NCBI RefSeq assembly: GCF_001194135.2
Contig: NC_068997.1
Coordinates: 1,430,066 to 1,494,065, forward strand
Source: Octopus bimaculoides
Taxonomy: Eukaryota
DNA length: 64,000 nucleotides
Reading direction: 5' to 3'
Shown here: one piece after another, positions 1-13,035 of the stretch
How the letters are laid out: every line of letters starts with the position of its first letter
Position numbering within the stretch: the first letter of the stretch is position 1
The notes under the pieces: generated by a model
The model's input: the letters and a program-made list of their open reading frames with translations, nothing else
Databases searched by the model: none
Told to the model about the DNA's origin: nothing
Translations under genes and position numbers: made by a program

Positions 1-39
1 CTTTGTATGGTAGTAAGATTTGAAGTATACTAACTTGAT

Positions 40-303
40 ATGACCTCTGCTATTAAAAACTCTCAGGGCTCCACTATAGGAAGTGTTGGTATTCTCCTGT
101 CTCCAAGAGCATTGCTCTCTGTTCAGAAAATATCTGACCACATAATTGTTGCCAAGCTGAATAGTAACCCTCAAACCACATTCATTGTGTGTTACTACCC
201 AACTAATGCAAGTGATGAGAAACTTGCAGATGACTTCTACTCCGAGCTGAAGGGAGTAATGGAAAGTGTCCCTTCCCACAATAGAGGGATGATGCTCCTA
301 TAA
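40..303 (+). mobile_element. Non-LTR retrotransposon (RTE-like) AP-endonuclease fragment
   Basis: ORF reads GSVGILLS..ISDHII..TFIVCYYPTN..DDFYSEL..VPSHN, the usual GVG/YAPT/FY pattern of LINE APE domains; truncated. Confidence 0.75.
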
Positions 304-1799
304 CAAGGAGACTAACTGGAACAGGTAAAACTGATTGATTTTGCTCACAAGTTCCAACTTCAGATTGCAAACACAAGCATTTGTGAATAAGATTCAGATG
401 TATATATATATGTATGTATGTATGTATGTATGACTCTCTCTCTCTCTNNNNNNNNNNNNNNNNNNNNNNNNNNNNNNNNNNNNNNNNNNNNNNNNNNNNN
501 NNNNNNNNNNNTATATATATATATATTTATACATATATACATACACACACACACACACACACTCACACACAACATGCTTCCACATAGTTTTCAGACATTT
601 AGACCGAAGGTGCTCTGCAGTGTAACTAAACTGAAAACTATGTGGTATGAAACCTCACACCCATATCTAAGTTGTTTAGTCACTGATCATCCTGTCTATT
701 ATTCAGTCAAAGTATATCTTTTGTTAAAGATTGTAGGATGTGGTCTGAGGGAGAGATGATGGCTATATCTAGGAGGTCAAATGACTGTGTAGAGGCTCTT
801 GGCTTGTAACTTATGTCGACACATTATGTGTGGTGTAGCTTATTTTAATTTGTACTCATTTTAAATTAATTTTTTCATTATTATTATCATTTATCTCCAT
901 TTTGATGGTATGAATGAAATCATGTGAAATTGTTTTTAAATTACTATAATTACTCCAGTGTAATGTCTAATAAAAATAGATCTGGCTTTATTTGATTAAA
1001 TTGCTAGAAAATTCTGACTATTCATGCCATAGACTCTACTATTAACCACATTCTCTCAATAAACACTTTGCACATGTGTTAACCTCATTAAATGATTTGC
1101 AGCTAGTCAGTGACAAACATTCTCTTTTCTATACATTCAACACTAGAAGTCAATAGTTACATAAATTTATTATTGGGGGTGGGGGAATCCAACCTTGTGT
1201 GAGTCTTTAGCAATATTATTTTATTTTATTTTATTTTTTTTTGTTGTGCTTTTATGAACAAAGCTTTTACTGGTTATACGTTTCTAATGCGTCTGTTGTT
1301 GGTTTAGTGCAGTTTTGATAATGAGGGTAATAGAAAATGCATGGTGGGACAATTTTTTACAAAGATTGTTTAAGCTTAACACTTAAAAGAAAAGAAGAGA
1401 GTCTTGACATTTTGGACACTAGTCCTTCATCAGAAGATAAGTGTAGAGGTTTTGGAAAAGTGGTTATAGGTGGAGGCATGGGTGGGGGATGTGAAGAGTT
1501 AGTGGCCAGGTGGGAATGCAGTTTTATGGAGTGTGGGGTTAGGACAGAAAGAGGGGCAGGAGATACATGCATGGGAGTGTACCTGGGTAATGAAATAGAC
1601 ATAAGGTGGCAGGTGTGAATGTGGATTTCTTTCGTTCGAAAACAGTATGTGTGTAGAGGTGTGTAAGTGTAGTAGCGTAAGACAGTGGGGTGTTGGTGTG
1701 TATGTGTAATTGTATTGTGTATGAGGAAAGTGTAGAAGTGAGGAGGTGGCATAAGGTGCAAGTATGAGGTGAAAGGGAAGGCAAGACAGATGTAGAAGT

Positions 1800-1843
<44 letters not shown>

Positions 1844-2039
1844 AGGTATGGATTGGAGACGCTGTTGGGAACCATATTATTTTCTTAGATCTATTTTTAA
1901 AATAGACCTAGGAAAATGATATGGTTTTCCCCACTTTTTTTTCTCCCTAAATGTTCAAACTAATGTAGGTGAGAAATTGTCTCTTTTATATAAGCATTTC
2001 CTAGTAAACCACAAATACAGGAAGATTTTTGACAGATGT

Positions 2040-2555
2040 TTGATTGAAATATCACATGGCTGGCCCAATATGAAGAAAATTATTACTTGTAAGCATCACA
2101 GAGAGGCCACTCTCAGTTGTAACTCTTGAGAACTTGAAGCTTGCCCACTTGACTAGGCATGTATGATAAACTCCATCATCTATGAGGTAGTCACAGCAAC
2201 ACTTCAAGATAACCTTACTGAAAAGAAAAATTACATTGGTTTATGTGAAGGTAATTTCAAAAGACATTATGCAAACCTCCTACCTTTTTTTTGGCACCTC
2301 AACAAAAGTAAAAATCACTAAGTTGGCTAGCCATGTATGGGGTTTGAAGACCAACGACACACCACATACAATCAAGTGGAGAATTGTAGAGAAATTCATG
2401 CCATGTGTAAATTGATCTAAGAAATGCAGCTTATGCATGACTCATAGATCGCACATTATTTTAGATCTAAGAATTCTGCCACACTACTTAATTACAGATC
2501 TGAAATTTTCAACAAATTCAAGCATATGGACAAATTTCTTTTAGTAAACTGTAAG
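2040..2555 (+). mobile_element. Penelope-like element, degraded GIY-YIG endonuclease C-terminus
   Basis: Manual translation: CMINSIIYEV..KNYIGLCEGNFKRHYAN, then TKLASHVWGLK..IKWRIV..KCSLC, then LLNYRSEIFNKFKHMDKFLL; frameshifts and stops. Confidence 0.8.
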
Positions 2556-3216
2556 ACACCTCTCTCCCTGGATTGAGCAGCTGTCTCACAGATTTTGAAC
2601 CCCTCTCCTTTGAATTATTCTACAACGAGGTTAGTTATGGTTTTTCCAGTCAAAGGGGATGTAACTCTTTTTTCTTTTCTTGCTCTTTCTGTTTTTATTC
2701 ACCTTGCCATTTTTTGCATCAATCTTCTTGTTTTTTTCCCTCATGATTTCTCATACACCAGCATCTTGATTTCCTGGGGGCTTGGAATTATGTGATAGTT
2801 GTAATGTTGTCAGATGGAGTGTGCAAAAAGTCAAGAATATGCAACCAGTAGTGGATGCATACAAGCGTTATCATAAATCCAACTTCAACCTTCAGAGTGG
2901 AGAGTTTCCTGTATCTTTTGTACTCCATCTAAATCTGTTCTGTAAATATATATATGCTTGTACATGAATGCTCATCTACTGAATATTTTCAGCGTTTGTT
3001 TCTCTCTATTATATATCAAGCTCAAACATGTTTATTTCAAACATCATCTCTTTCTCTCTATGTTTTCAACTCGACAAAGACAGGAAGGCTGTTGAAATAT
3101 TGTTCAAACCAATACAATATCTATTGCAATCACATTGCATTCTTCGTATTGTCTACTACTACTATTATTATTATTATTATTATTATTGTTGTTGTTGTTA
3201 TTTATTGCTTGTGCAC

Positions 3217-3547
3217 TTTCCCTACATGGCACCTTGGACAAGTGCCTTCTACTGTAGCCTCAGGCTGACCAAACTCTTGTGAGTGGATTTGGTAGGTGGA
3301 AACTGAAAGAAGCCCATTGTGTGTGTATGTGTGTCTTTGTGTTTGTCTTTGTCCCTCACCACCACTTGACAACCAGTGTTGGTGTGTGAATTCCCTGTAA
3401 CTTAGTGGTTCGTCAAAAGAGACCAAGAGAATAAGTACTAGGCTTAAAAAGAAAATAAGTACTGGGGTCAGTTAGTTCAACTAAAATTCCTCAAGGCAGT
3501 GCCCAAGAATGGCCGCAGTCTAATGACTGAAACGAGTAAAAGATAAA
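3217..3547 (+). mobile_element. SINE family A (5'-truncated)
   Basis: Shares GGATTTGGTAG..AACTGAAAGAAG, an internal (TG)n, AATAAGTACTAGGCT and the ATGACTGAAAC tail with copies at 4524 and 6261. Confidence 0.75.
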
Positions 3548-3744
3548 TATTAATAATTTCATTTTAACCAAAAGTTATATTGTTGTACAAATAAATTATA
3601 GAATCTGCTAATGTATATATGTCCTGATTTTCCTTATGTAACCTCTGTACTGAGTTTTAAAATTATTGTCTTATTTGTATTATGAGATATGACTCCATCT
3701 AAAAATAATTGTATTGATGTGGATTTCTTTTTGCCAACATACTA

Positions 3745-4066
3745 AACGTTAAACGTCACCCTTTCAAAGCCTAGCCAGGCTCATGGGCCCAGTTTCCCGG
3801 TTTCTATGGTGTATGTGCCCCCCCCCAGCTGGACAGGACGCCAGTCCATCGCAGCATTACTCAAGAAACAGGAAGAAAGAGTGAGAGAAAGTTGGGGTGA
3901 AAGAGTACAACAGGGGTCGCCACCACCCCCTGCCGGAGCCTCCTGGAGCTTATGTGTTTTTGCTCAATAAACACTCACAATGCCTGGTCTGGGAATCGAA
4001 ACCGCGATCCGCCAACCACAAGTTCGCTGCCCTAACCACTGGGCCATTGCGTCTCCTTGCCAACAT
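3745..4066 (-). mobile_element. SINE family C head with an alternative 3' tail
   Basis: Reverse strand starts GGAGACGCAATGGCCCAGTGGTTAGGGCAGCG..GGTTTCGATTCC (tRNA A/B-box-like); body shared with 8236-8603. Confidence 0.8.
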
Positions 4067-4523
4067 ACTAGGACAAGATATGTAGGGAGCAATGAATGCA
4101 GTAGTTGAATTGACTTAGTTGTCTGCTACATTAGTTATTTCTACCATCTTCCTACTTGTGCAATTCAGAATGTATAAAATCTATGTTACAGAGATTGTTT
4201 TTCATTATCTAAGTACAGGTGATTTTGTTTCTAGCAGAAATTCAAAATGCAGAAACTGGTGTAATTATACAGACAAGCTGTTATAATCAGATTAAACTAG
4301 AATAATGATCTTCCTTCATAATAAGTATAAACATGAATATATTCTTGGATGTTTACTTATAAATGTACATGTTTATGTTTGAATGATCCTGCTTTATTAA
4401 TAAACTAGTTTAAAAGCTACACTCAGTACAGACTTTTAAGTTAGTTTGTGTTGAGGGCTAATTGGGCCCGTAGCCCAAAACTAAATAGAGCTAAATACCA
4501 TGATTATATGTCTATAATGACTA

Positions 4524-4760
4524 TAGGCACAGGAGTGGCTGTGTGGTAAGTAGCTTGCTTACCAACCACATGGTTCCGGGTTCATTCCCACTGTGTGGCA
4601 TCGTAGGCAAGTGTCTTCTACTATAGCCTCGGGCCGACCAAAGCCTTGTGAGTGGATTTGGTAGACAGAAACTGAAAGAAGCTCGTCGTATATATNNNNN
4701 NNNNNNNNNNNNNNNNNNNNNNNNNNNNNNNNNNNNNNNNNNNNNNNNNNNNNNNNNNNN

Positions 4761-4811
<51 letters not shown>

Positions 4812-5022
4812 TTGTGTGTCTGTGTTTGTCCCCCCAATATCGCTTGACAACTGATGGTGGTGTGTTTACGTCCCTGTAACTTAGCGGTTCGGCAAAAGGG
4901 ACCAATAGAATAAGTACTAGGCTTCCAAAGAATAAGTCCTGGGGTTGATTTGCTCGACTAAAGGTGGTGCTCCAGCATGGCCGCAGTCAAATGACTGAAA
5001 CAAGTAAAAGAGTAAAGAGTAT
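4524..5022 (+). mobile_element. SINE family A, near full-length, N-gap in its internal microsatellite
   Basis: tRNA-like head TGGCTGTGTGGTAAG..GGTTCATTCC, internal (TA)/(TG) tract, tail CAGTCAAATGACTGAAACAAGTAAAAGAG. Confidence 0.85.
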
Positions 5023-5493
5023 ATGCTCCAGTGACGTTTGATCAGTGGTTAAGGATGGAAGAGAATTAATTCTGTAATGCAATCACTCTATTGTTTCAGT
5101 CCCAAGTTGAATTCCAACTGTTGGCCAATTTGTCCCTAAGTTCTTATCTTGACATAAAATTAATGAAGCAAATGTCATTTATCTCCCCCTCGATCCCTGA
5201 TGTCATCTGACAAACACCAACCAAGATGGCGTGAATCAGCCAAGCTTTACCTGCTAGAAATAGCAACCCAAATGCTTTTAAATCAGATCCCAATGCTGGA
5301 TGTTCAAGAATCAAATGAAGGGCAGATTTTCAATCTCAGTATCATCCTGATTCCAAAAAGATATAATATGTTTATGTACAGCAAATGTAGACTGAGATAC
5401 AGGGGTCCTAGACAGACAGAATTTCGTGTTTGTTATTATAGATTGTTTATTAGTGCGAGTGAGGCTGTGTGGTTTATAAAGCTATGCCTGTTA

Positions 5494-6260
5494 TATGAGG
5501 GGGTACCCAAAAGAAACTGGAATTTTGCATTCACTTAGTTTTACATGTTTACACTTTAATTGCTTTCAAAGTATTCTCCATTTGAAGCAATGCATCAGCC
5601 CAAACATGTTTTCCACTGTTTGAAGCAGTGATGGAACTCTTGCAAAGTCATGCCTTTTAATACCTCTGTCGTTTCTTTCTTCACCTCTTCCATATCTAAA
5701 AATTCCATAGCACCAGCTTTTGTCACCAGTGATGGCCTTCAGAGAAAGATATGGACCAACTTCCAACTGTTCTTTCAGTTCACGACATGCATTCAGTCAT
5801 GACTGCTTTTGATCTTCTGTGAGCAAGCAAGGCACAAATTTTGCCGCAACTCTTTTCATTCACAATTCGTCACTCAAAATTATTGGCTGGAGCTCCAGGA
5901 CACACAAGTCATATCAACAAGTTTGTCAATTGTCTGGTGATGGTCACCCTGAATGAGGTTGGTCTTCAAGTGACAAGTGACCTTTCCTAAAGCATGAAAA
6001 CCACTAGTGAACTTGTGTTTAGTTTATGACAGTAGCCTTGTAAGCTGTTTGAAGCAAACATGACAATTGTTTTGACTGCCATTTTCCTCAGCAGAAAACA
6101 ATTTCACAGAAGAACGCTGTTCCTCCATTTCAGCCATCACAAAAATTGACCAGCAGGGGAAAAGCACCACAAAACAAAAATGCACTACATGGCAGTATGA
6201 CCTAACACGACACTACCGGTCAGCAGACTGATGCCTGAGGGTCACATCAAGTGGCTTCTA
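5494..6260 (-). mobile_element. Internally deleted mariner-like DNA transposon
   Basis: TA then TGAGGGGGTACCCAAAAGAAACTGG TIR-like end at 5494; transposase C-terminal and N-terminal remnants on the minus strand; far end uncertain. Confidence 0.65.
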
Positions 6261-6708
6261 GGTGCAGGCATAGCTGTGTAGTTAAGAAGCTCACTTTGCA
6301 ATCATGTGCTTTTGGGTTCAGTCAGCATCTTGGACAAGTGTCTTCTACTACAGATGCAGGTCAACTAATGCTTGTGAGGAAATTTGATAGATAGAAGTTA
6401 TGTGAAAGTCCATTGTGTGTGTGTGTTTGTCTGAAGGTTGGCAACAGAAAAGGCATGAGGCTGTAAAAATTACATGTGCATGTGTGTGTATGTCTCTTTG
6501 TGTTTGTCCCCCCATCCATCGCTTGATAACTGGCATTCATTTGTTTGTATTTCTGTAACTTAGCTGTTCAACAGAAGAGACCAGAAAGACCAAACTTTAT
6601 GAAAATAAGTACTGGGATTGATTTGTTTGACTAAACCCTAAGGCAGTGCGCCAGCTTGGATGCAGTTGTCCGATAGCTGAAACAAATAATAAATAAATAA
6701 AGATAAAG
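6261..6708 (+). mobile_element. SINE family A (older, CpG-decayed)
   Basis: Colinear with 4524-5022 with many substitutions; AATAA tail. Confidence 0.75.
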
Positions 6709-6749
6709 GTAGATAGAGTATCAATTTGGCAAAACCATTAGAGCATCAG

Positions 6750-6950
6750 ATAAAATACCTTACAATATTTGTTTTGGGTCTCTGTGCTCTGAGTTTGAAT
6801 TCTAAGTAAGTTAACTTTGCTTTTCCTTCTTTCAATGGACCAATACATTTGATAAAAAAATGTACTGGCCCATTGTGATGGATTGGTAGAAGGCTAAAGT
6901 GCCAAACAAGATTCCTTGTATCTATTTCACCTTTGTGCATTCTAAGTTCA
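6750..6950 (-). mobile_element. SINE family B (degraded)
   Basis: Reverse complement of the family B core (CTTTGCCTTTC..GATAAAATAAGTAC). Confidence 0.65.
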
Positions 6951-7183
6951 AATCCTGCCTCCCGTCACTGGTAAAAGAACCATGCTTTTGCTATCAGACA
7001 AGAATAGCGGTGTCCTTGGAAAATCTTTAAGCAAGTGCTCAAGTCTTGCAGCTGATCACTGTATATATCAGCTCATCAGCTGTCATGGGAGAACATAAGG
7101 GGACTTTAATTTCTGTCTACCCAAAGAAGAAGGAAAATTCTATATTTGTATATTTAAAATATCATATATAAACATGGAACAGT

Positions 7184-7403
7184 CTCATACAGTACTTGAA
7201 GTTTCCTGGCAAGCCACAACTATGAAGTTATCTGATTTCTGATTGGTAATCAATGCACATGCCACCATTCATGAGATTGGTTATTTTACTGTAATGGTTT
7301 CACACAACAACTGATGAACAGTGGCATGTGCATTGATTATTGATTGGAAATTGGATAACTTCTTAACTGTGGCTTGTTGAGGAAACTCTGAGTACTGTAT
7401 GAG
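7184..7403. repeat. Fold-back (MITE-like) inverted repeat, ~89-bp arms, 41-nt spacer
   Basis: 7184-7272 pairs with 7314-7403 by manual alignment: about 10 G-T wobbles, 7 mismatches and 1 bulge. Confidence 0.9.
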
Positions 7404-7679
7404 TGTTTGCATAATATATTAGATATAGTCCTCTATTTCAACGATACTGAGGTCTATTTATTTTGTTGTTACATACATGGTTAATTGTTATATATGTGAG
7501 ACAAAACATCTACATCTGTTTAGAAATGTTAGTCTACCACTGTTGAATTTTTTACATTGTGTGAGAGAGCTATATGTCAGTTAAATTTAAATACTTGAGT
7601 CATTTTTCGTACAGAGAGAGAGAGAGAGAGAGAGAGAATTTTTAATACTAACTGTTTTGTTTTTTTTTCCTTTTAATAG

Positions 7680-7735
7680 GATTCCGCTATGAGCTGTATT
7701 GTGTTGCTAAGTCAAGTTCCACGCCTCACTGTGTG
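7680..7735 (+). CDS. KTI12: KTI12 (Elongator-associated PSTK-like ATPase), first coding exon found in the window
   Basis: ttttaatag| phase 1, GFRYELYCVAKSSSTPHCV, |gtgagt; matches the conserved KGFRYELYC motif of KTI12. Confidence 0.95.
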
Positions 7736-8235
7736 GTGAGTGTTTTAAATTAATTATTTTCCTTTATGCTAGAGAATTGAAAGGTGTTTTCTTTAAATCA
7801 AGCATGCGACTCAGTTATTAAATCAAAAGCTCAGCCCTGTAATGATTGAACAAAAATGCCTTTATGTGGGGTTATTTATTCAAATGCTTATAATGTCTTT
7901 ACTTGTCAGATTATTGTAATAATTGGAAGGATTGCAGAATAAATTCAGTTATTTTAATGTAAGTTAGTAATTTGTGGATTCATGTTGTACAGGATGTTAA
8001 GAGTAGAATTTCTAGTTGGAACCACTTCAGTTTAATTTATTGTCTCTGTATTTTAATAACTACAACATAAAGTACATTTTGTGAAAAAATAACATGCTTG
8101 TGTGGTTGTTAATTAATCAATTAGCAATAAGTAAAAAGCAGATACACTAAAAAAAAAAAAAGATGATGGGAAGAAAGATGTTGGTAATAAATTGAAGGCA
8201 ATTAGTGATAGACATGGACATACAAACATGTTGTT

Positions 8236-8603
8236 GGCACTCCGTCGCTTACGATGTCGAGGGTTCCAGTTGATCCGATCAACGGAACAGCCTGCTCGTG
8301 AAATTAACGTGCAAGTGGCTGAGCACTCCACAGACACGTGTACCCTTAACGTAGTTCTTGGGGATGTTCAGCGTGACACAGTGTGACAAGGCTGACCCTT
8401 TGAATTATAGGCACAACAGAAACAGGAAGTAAGAGTGAGAGAAAGTTGTGGTGAAAGAGTACAGCAGGGTTCGCCACCACCCCCTGCTGGAGCCTCATGG
8501 AGCTTTAGGTGTTTTCGCTCAATAACGCCCGGTCTAAGAATCGAAACCGCGATCCTATGACCGCGAGTCCGCTGCCCTAACCACTGGACCATTGTGCCTC
8601 CAC
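8236..8603 (-). mobile_element. SINE family C, full-length and CpG-rich (young)
   Basis: Head GGAGGCACAATGGTCCAGTGGTTAGGGCAGCGGACTCGCGGTC..GGTTTCGATTC; tail ..AACTGGAACCCTC..GACGGAGTGC. Confidence 0.85.
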
Positions 8604-9492
8604 ACATACAAACATCATAAGGTAAAATACATGTGTTTCCATGATTATTTTGCAGCTTAGTTATGATGAAATTTACTGGTAAACCGAGTTACTTCTTTCA
8701 GAAACAATATACCCAGTTATGTACAAATTTCATCTAACACATGTAGGAACAAAGTTGACTACTCCCTTTTGTTCTGCATACAAATTAGATTATTGAGTGA
8801 TTATATCAATCAAAACTCAAGGGAAAAAGTTGAAAAAAATACTCAACAGGTTTCACATCAAATCTTAAATGTATTTGGGGGTCAATCACACCTGCAAAAA
8901 GTTTAGTGCCTGACCATTCTTGGGATAGTATTTTGTCCAATTCACAATGATGAAAAATTTGAACTGATCAAAGTCAAACAGATCACTTGTGTGCATGTAA
9001 GAAATAGTTAACCACACTGATTATCATATCCAAAGCCTTATCTGCCATTAATTCATCAATTAAGTCATCAAACACGCTGTCACTCAAAGAATTATTAGTG
9101 GTCATTTTGCAAAAAAAACTCTGTAAAAATGGCAAAGATTCAGCAACATGTGGCTTAATGTTAATAATGAACATTACAGAATGTAATAAATGATAATGGA
9201 ATGGGTTAAAGTTTTTTTTTTTTTAGAACAGAGAGTTCTTAACTTCCTTTTTAAAACAAATGCAAACAGGGCAGGTATGATTTGTGCACTTCACTCCATC
9301 AGTATTGCAGAACACTTCGGTGAGTTAACTTGGGAATTCCAAGTGACACTGTAACCTTTATATAATAAAGGTATTCTTTTGTCTGATGAATAGCTAAGTT
9401 GAGTGCCCCTTGAGTAATTATTACATCAGAGGATCAGCTAGCTTAGAAACATATGTAGCCTGGATTTTACCTGTTTCACTTTCTCAATTTCG

Positions 9493-9526
<34 letters not shown>

Positions 9527-11388
9527 TAGCAAAATATTCATTTTTGTCTAGTTTCTAACAGTCTGTTGCTTTTTAAAAAAAATTATGTTACTTTTTATAA
9601 AATAAATTTAGCAACCCTGATTTCTAGCAGGTTGTGTAGCGATGTAATGAACCCTCTCTGCTATCATACCAGCCATTGTTTCATATAGTAGCCATTTCTT
9701 TCAGGTAGGTACATTTTTTTTACCTTCTCATCACTACATTTCATTTGCTCAATTACCATATACCAATAAAATACTTTTGAACTCCAGGCTGCTATTTGAT
9801 GCAATATGTAATGTAATTACCTGTTTGACTGACTCAAGTTTACTATAGTTACTTATTTTATTGACCTAAAATGAAAGACTAATTCATTTAGTATCAGCAA
9901 GATGTGAATTTGGATCCGTTACAAGTATCAATGCCATTGCTTTGCATCTCAGAGCTCAACCATACAACTCCTTTATGTAATTTGTGATTCCAAAAATAGA
10001 AAAGCTTAAGATGTGCTGTCACTTGCCTGCATTGAACTCAAATGAAAATTGGTTTACTTTTACCTGATTGTAGCAAATGATAACAAAAGTATAGTATTAT
10101 TTACTGGTAATTTGGTACTGAAATGATACTACACATTTGTGTACCTGTGCATGGGATGAGGGCAGATGAACCTAGTTAAGGTCAATACTCATTGCTCATG
10201 AAATCATGTTAAAACAAGCATGAATAAAAATGCTAATGATCGGGGGTGGGGGTGGGAGTGGTGACGGCTATTTCTATAATTTATAATATTCATAATTACC
10301 TGTCAGTCGGGACAAAAGTGATCTTCCTTATAAGTAGAATAATTCATATTTAATGGTAGCCATTGAACCTATGATATGTGTATGCGCCTGTTATGCTTAT
10401 AATTTTGATGTATACTTTTTCCATGTTGGTATAGGTTAGATGAAACTTGTTGAGGCAGTTTTCTGTAGTTTGATGCTCTTCTTGTCACTAGCCTTTCTTT
10501 GTGTTTTTTTTTTCAAGATGAACCTACAATAGCTGGGCATATTTTTATCACTGTCATAAACATTGATGCCCTCTATACAGTGTTACTGGTTTACGCATTT
10601 AGCATGTAAACAGTGAAAAGGGTCACGTATGCGTTATTACACTTAGAAAAGTTCAGGACAAATTATTACATCTGGTAGAGTACAGAACAAGAAAATTTTT
10701 GCTTAGAATATTGCAGCTAAGGATAAAATTTGAATATTAAAAATGATTTGATTTTAATTTACAAAGTAACATTGTAATTAAAAAAGGTACCATCATTTTA
10801 TTAAAATATTGACACACTAATATACTTAAAAAATGAGAGCTAGAAGTACCAATATAGCTAAAGTTTTATGCTAAGTATATATGGTAAGCAAATTCATTAT
10901 ATAAAAAATAGGCATTGGGTCAAGACTAAAAATGTGAAGACTTGGCAATAACTTAGGCAATAACTCAAGCAAATTAATTGCAAAAAATATTTTGAGTTAT
11001 TTTAAATTTTTGATAGAAGTAATAAGTAATAACAAATAAAAGTAATAACTTGTAATAAAATTTTTAGTTTTAATAAAAGCTAATATTTTCTAAATCTAAA
11101 TATTTTATTTGAAATTTTATCCTTAGCTGCAATATTTTAAGTAAAAATTTTCTTGTTCTGTACTTTACCAGATGTAATAACTTGTCTGGAATTTTTCCAA
11201 GTGTAATAACTTGTCTTGTACTTTTCCAGGTTTATAATATTAAGAATATTTCTCTTGCTTGCATTTTTCCATGTAATATATGTATGTGTAAATGTGCGTG
11301 TATCTGTAATTCTATTTTCTATGTATCTTTCTAAATAAACATACACAAATACATATACACTCACTCAGATATATAAATATATTTTACT

Positions 11389-11422
<34 letters not shown>

Positions 11423-11889
11423 TTCACATTCCTCCCTTTTACATGTACACTCTGAGTTGAAGCACTGTTTGATTTTTGTTTCTCCATTGACTTTTTACCA
11501 TCCCACTTCCATTGGTGGATCACCCCTTCCTTTCTCTTTCATATGTTGTGACAGAGAAATACACAAGAGTATTGTTATAGTAGACACTCTCTTTGCCACT
11601 CCCTCTCTCCCATTGCTATTACTTTCTCTCACTCCCTTTCAGTCATCGCTATTTCTCTCAATACTTCTCCTTCACTGAATTACTATTTTCTCTCCTCTCC
11701 CTTCACCATTCACTCCAACTGTGTGATTTTAGACAGATATATTATATACAAATATATAAAAACACTAGGCTCATTATTATATTAGGAGATTAAAGACTAA
11801 TATCAAATTTCCTGGTTGTTAGTTTGATTTAACAGTTTCCAGTTTGTACTGTGGATTCATTTCTTAATTATTGATATTTTTTTATGTAG

Positions 11890-11969
11890 GTGTACTGTGC
11901 AGCTAGCCTGCAACAGTGCAGTGAATGGAACAAGATTAGGCTAGAAGCAGAACAGTATTCTGAAGACAT
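11890..11969 (+). CDS. KTI12: KTI12 exon
   Basis: tttatgtag|VYCAASLQQCSEWNKIRLEAEQYSED+AT|gtaagt; phase 0 in, phase 2 out, consistent with both neighbours. Confidence 0.92.
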
Positions 11970-12059
11970 GTAAGTGATGTGATTAATATTCTAAGTAATT
12001 TGTTGAGAAATATACTGGCATTATGTCTTAATGGTTGATAAGGCACAAATGTTAATTGC

Positions 12060-12340
12060 TATCATCATCATCATCATCGTTTAACGTCTGCTTTCCATGC
12101 TAGCATGGGTTGGACGATTTGACTGAGGACTGGTGAAACCAGATGGCTACACCAGGCTCCAATCTGATTTGGCAGAGTTTCTACGGCTGGATGCCCTTCC
12201 TAATGCCAACCACTCAGAGAGTGTAGTGGGTGCTTTTACGTGTCACCCGCATGAAGGCCAGTCAGGCGGTACTGACAACGGCCATGCTCAAAATGGTGTA
12301 TTTTATGTGCCACCCGCACAAGAGCCAGTCCAGGGGCACA
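12060..12340 (-). mobile_element. RTE-tailed SINE-like element, family D, (GAT)n tail
   Basis: (CAT)n-CGTTTAACGTC..GGATGCCCTTCCTAATGCCAACC; reverse complement of the 3' part of 14780-15266. Confidence 0.8.
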
Positions 12341-12403
12341 GATTATATAATTCATGGAAGTTCCAGTTACTTCTGAAAATCCAATTTTTATATCATTATT
12401 AGT

Positions 12404-12472
<69 letters not shown>

Positions 12473-12484
12473 ATTTATATATAA

Positions 12485-12700
12485 GGGCAGGAAGCAGGCA
12501 GAATCATTAGTGTGCTGGACAAAATGCCTTGTGGCAGTTCTTTCAGTGCTTTTACATTCTGAGTCCAAATCCCATTGAGGCCAACTTTGCTTTTTATCTT
12601 TCTTGGGGTTGGTCAAATCAGTCAAATACTGGGGTCGATGTAACTGATTAACTTACATCCCCTAAAATTTCTGACCTTGTGCTAAAATTTGAAAGAATTA
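12485..12700 (+). mobile_element. SINE family B, CpG-depleted copy
   Basis: GGCAGAATCATTAG..GGACAAAATGC..CAACTTTGCTTTT..TACTGGGGTCGATGTAA..TTGTGC..GAAAGAATTATT. Confidence 0.75.
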
Positions 12701-12839
12701 TTAGCTCTATATTACTGTAGAATAATTAGAGCACTAAACAAAATGCCCTATGGCATTTGTTTCTGCTTTTTACATACCTAGTTCCTTTCTTACCAAGATC
12801 AACTTTGCCTTGCATCCTCCTGGAGTTGTTGTTAGTAAG

Positions 12840-13035
12840 AAAGAAGACAAAACTCTCTTTCCATCAGATAAATGGCCCTGTTCAATATGTAGGAAAGGAG
12901 TTGGAAGAAATTCCATTCACTGCACCCAGTGTAAGCTATGGACACATAAGAGGTGCAGTGGAATCACAGGTAGATTAACAGGTAAAGTCATCTTCGTATG
13001 TGGAAGATGTGCAAGAATAAGCACTAAGAGCACAT
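12840..13035 (+). mobile_element. RTE-clade LINE ORF2 fragment (PHD-like Cys/His finger)
   Basis: KWPCSICRKGVGRNSIHCTQCKLWTHKRCSGITGRL..FVCGRC, the motif typical of marine-invertebrate RTE elements; no flanking splice context. Confidence 0.8.

Noticed and set aside
1337-1875. Overlapping ORFs up to 172 aa
   Set aside because: Low-complexity purine/GT-rich repeat sequence with no recognisable domain; probably a degraded retroelement.
1-7679. Upstream KTI12 exons (P-loop GxPxSGKS and DSxNYIK)
   Set aside because: Not found by eye in any frame; probably 5' of the window or hidden in a gap, so none is annotated.
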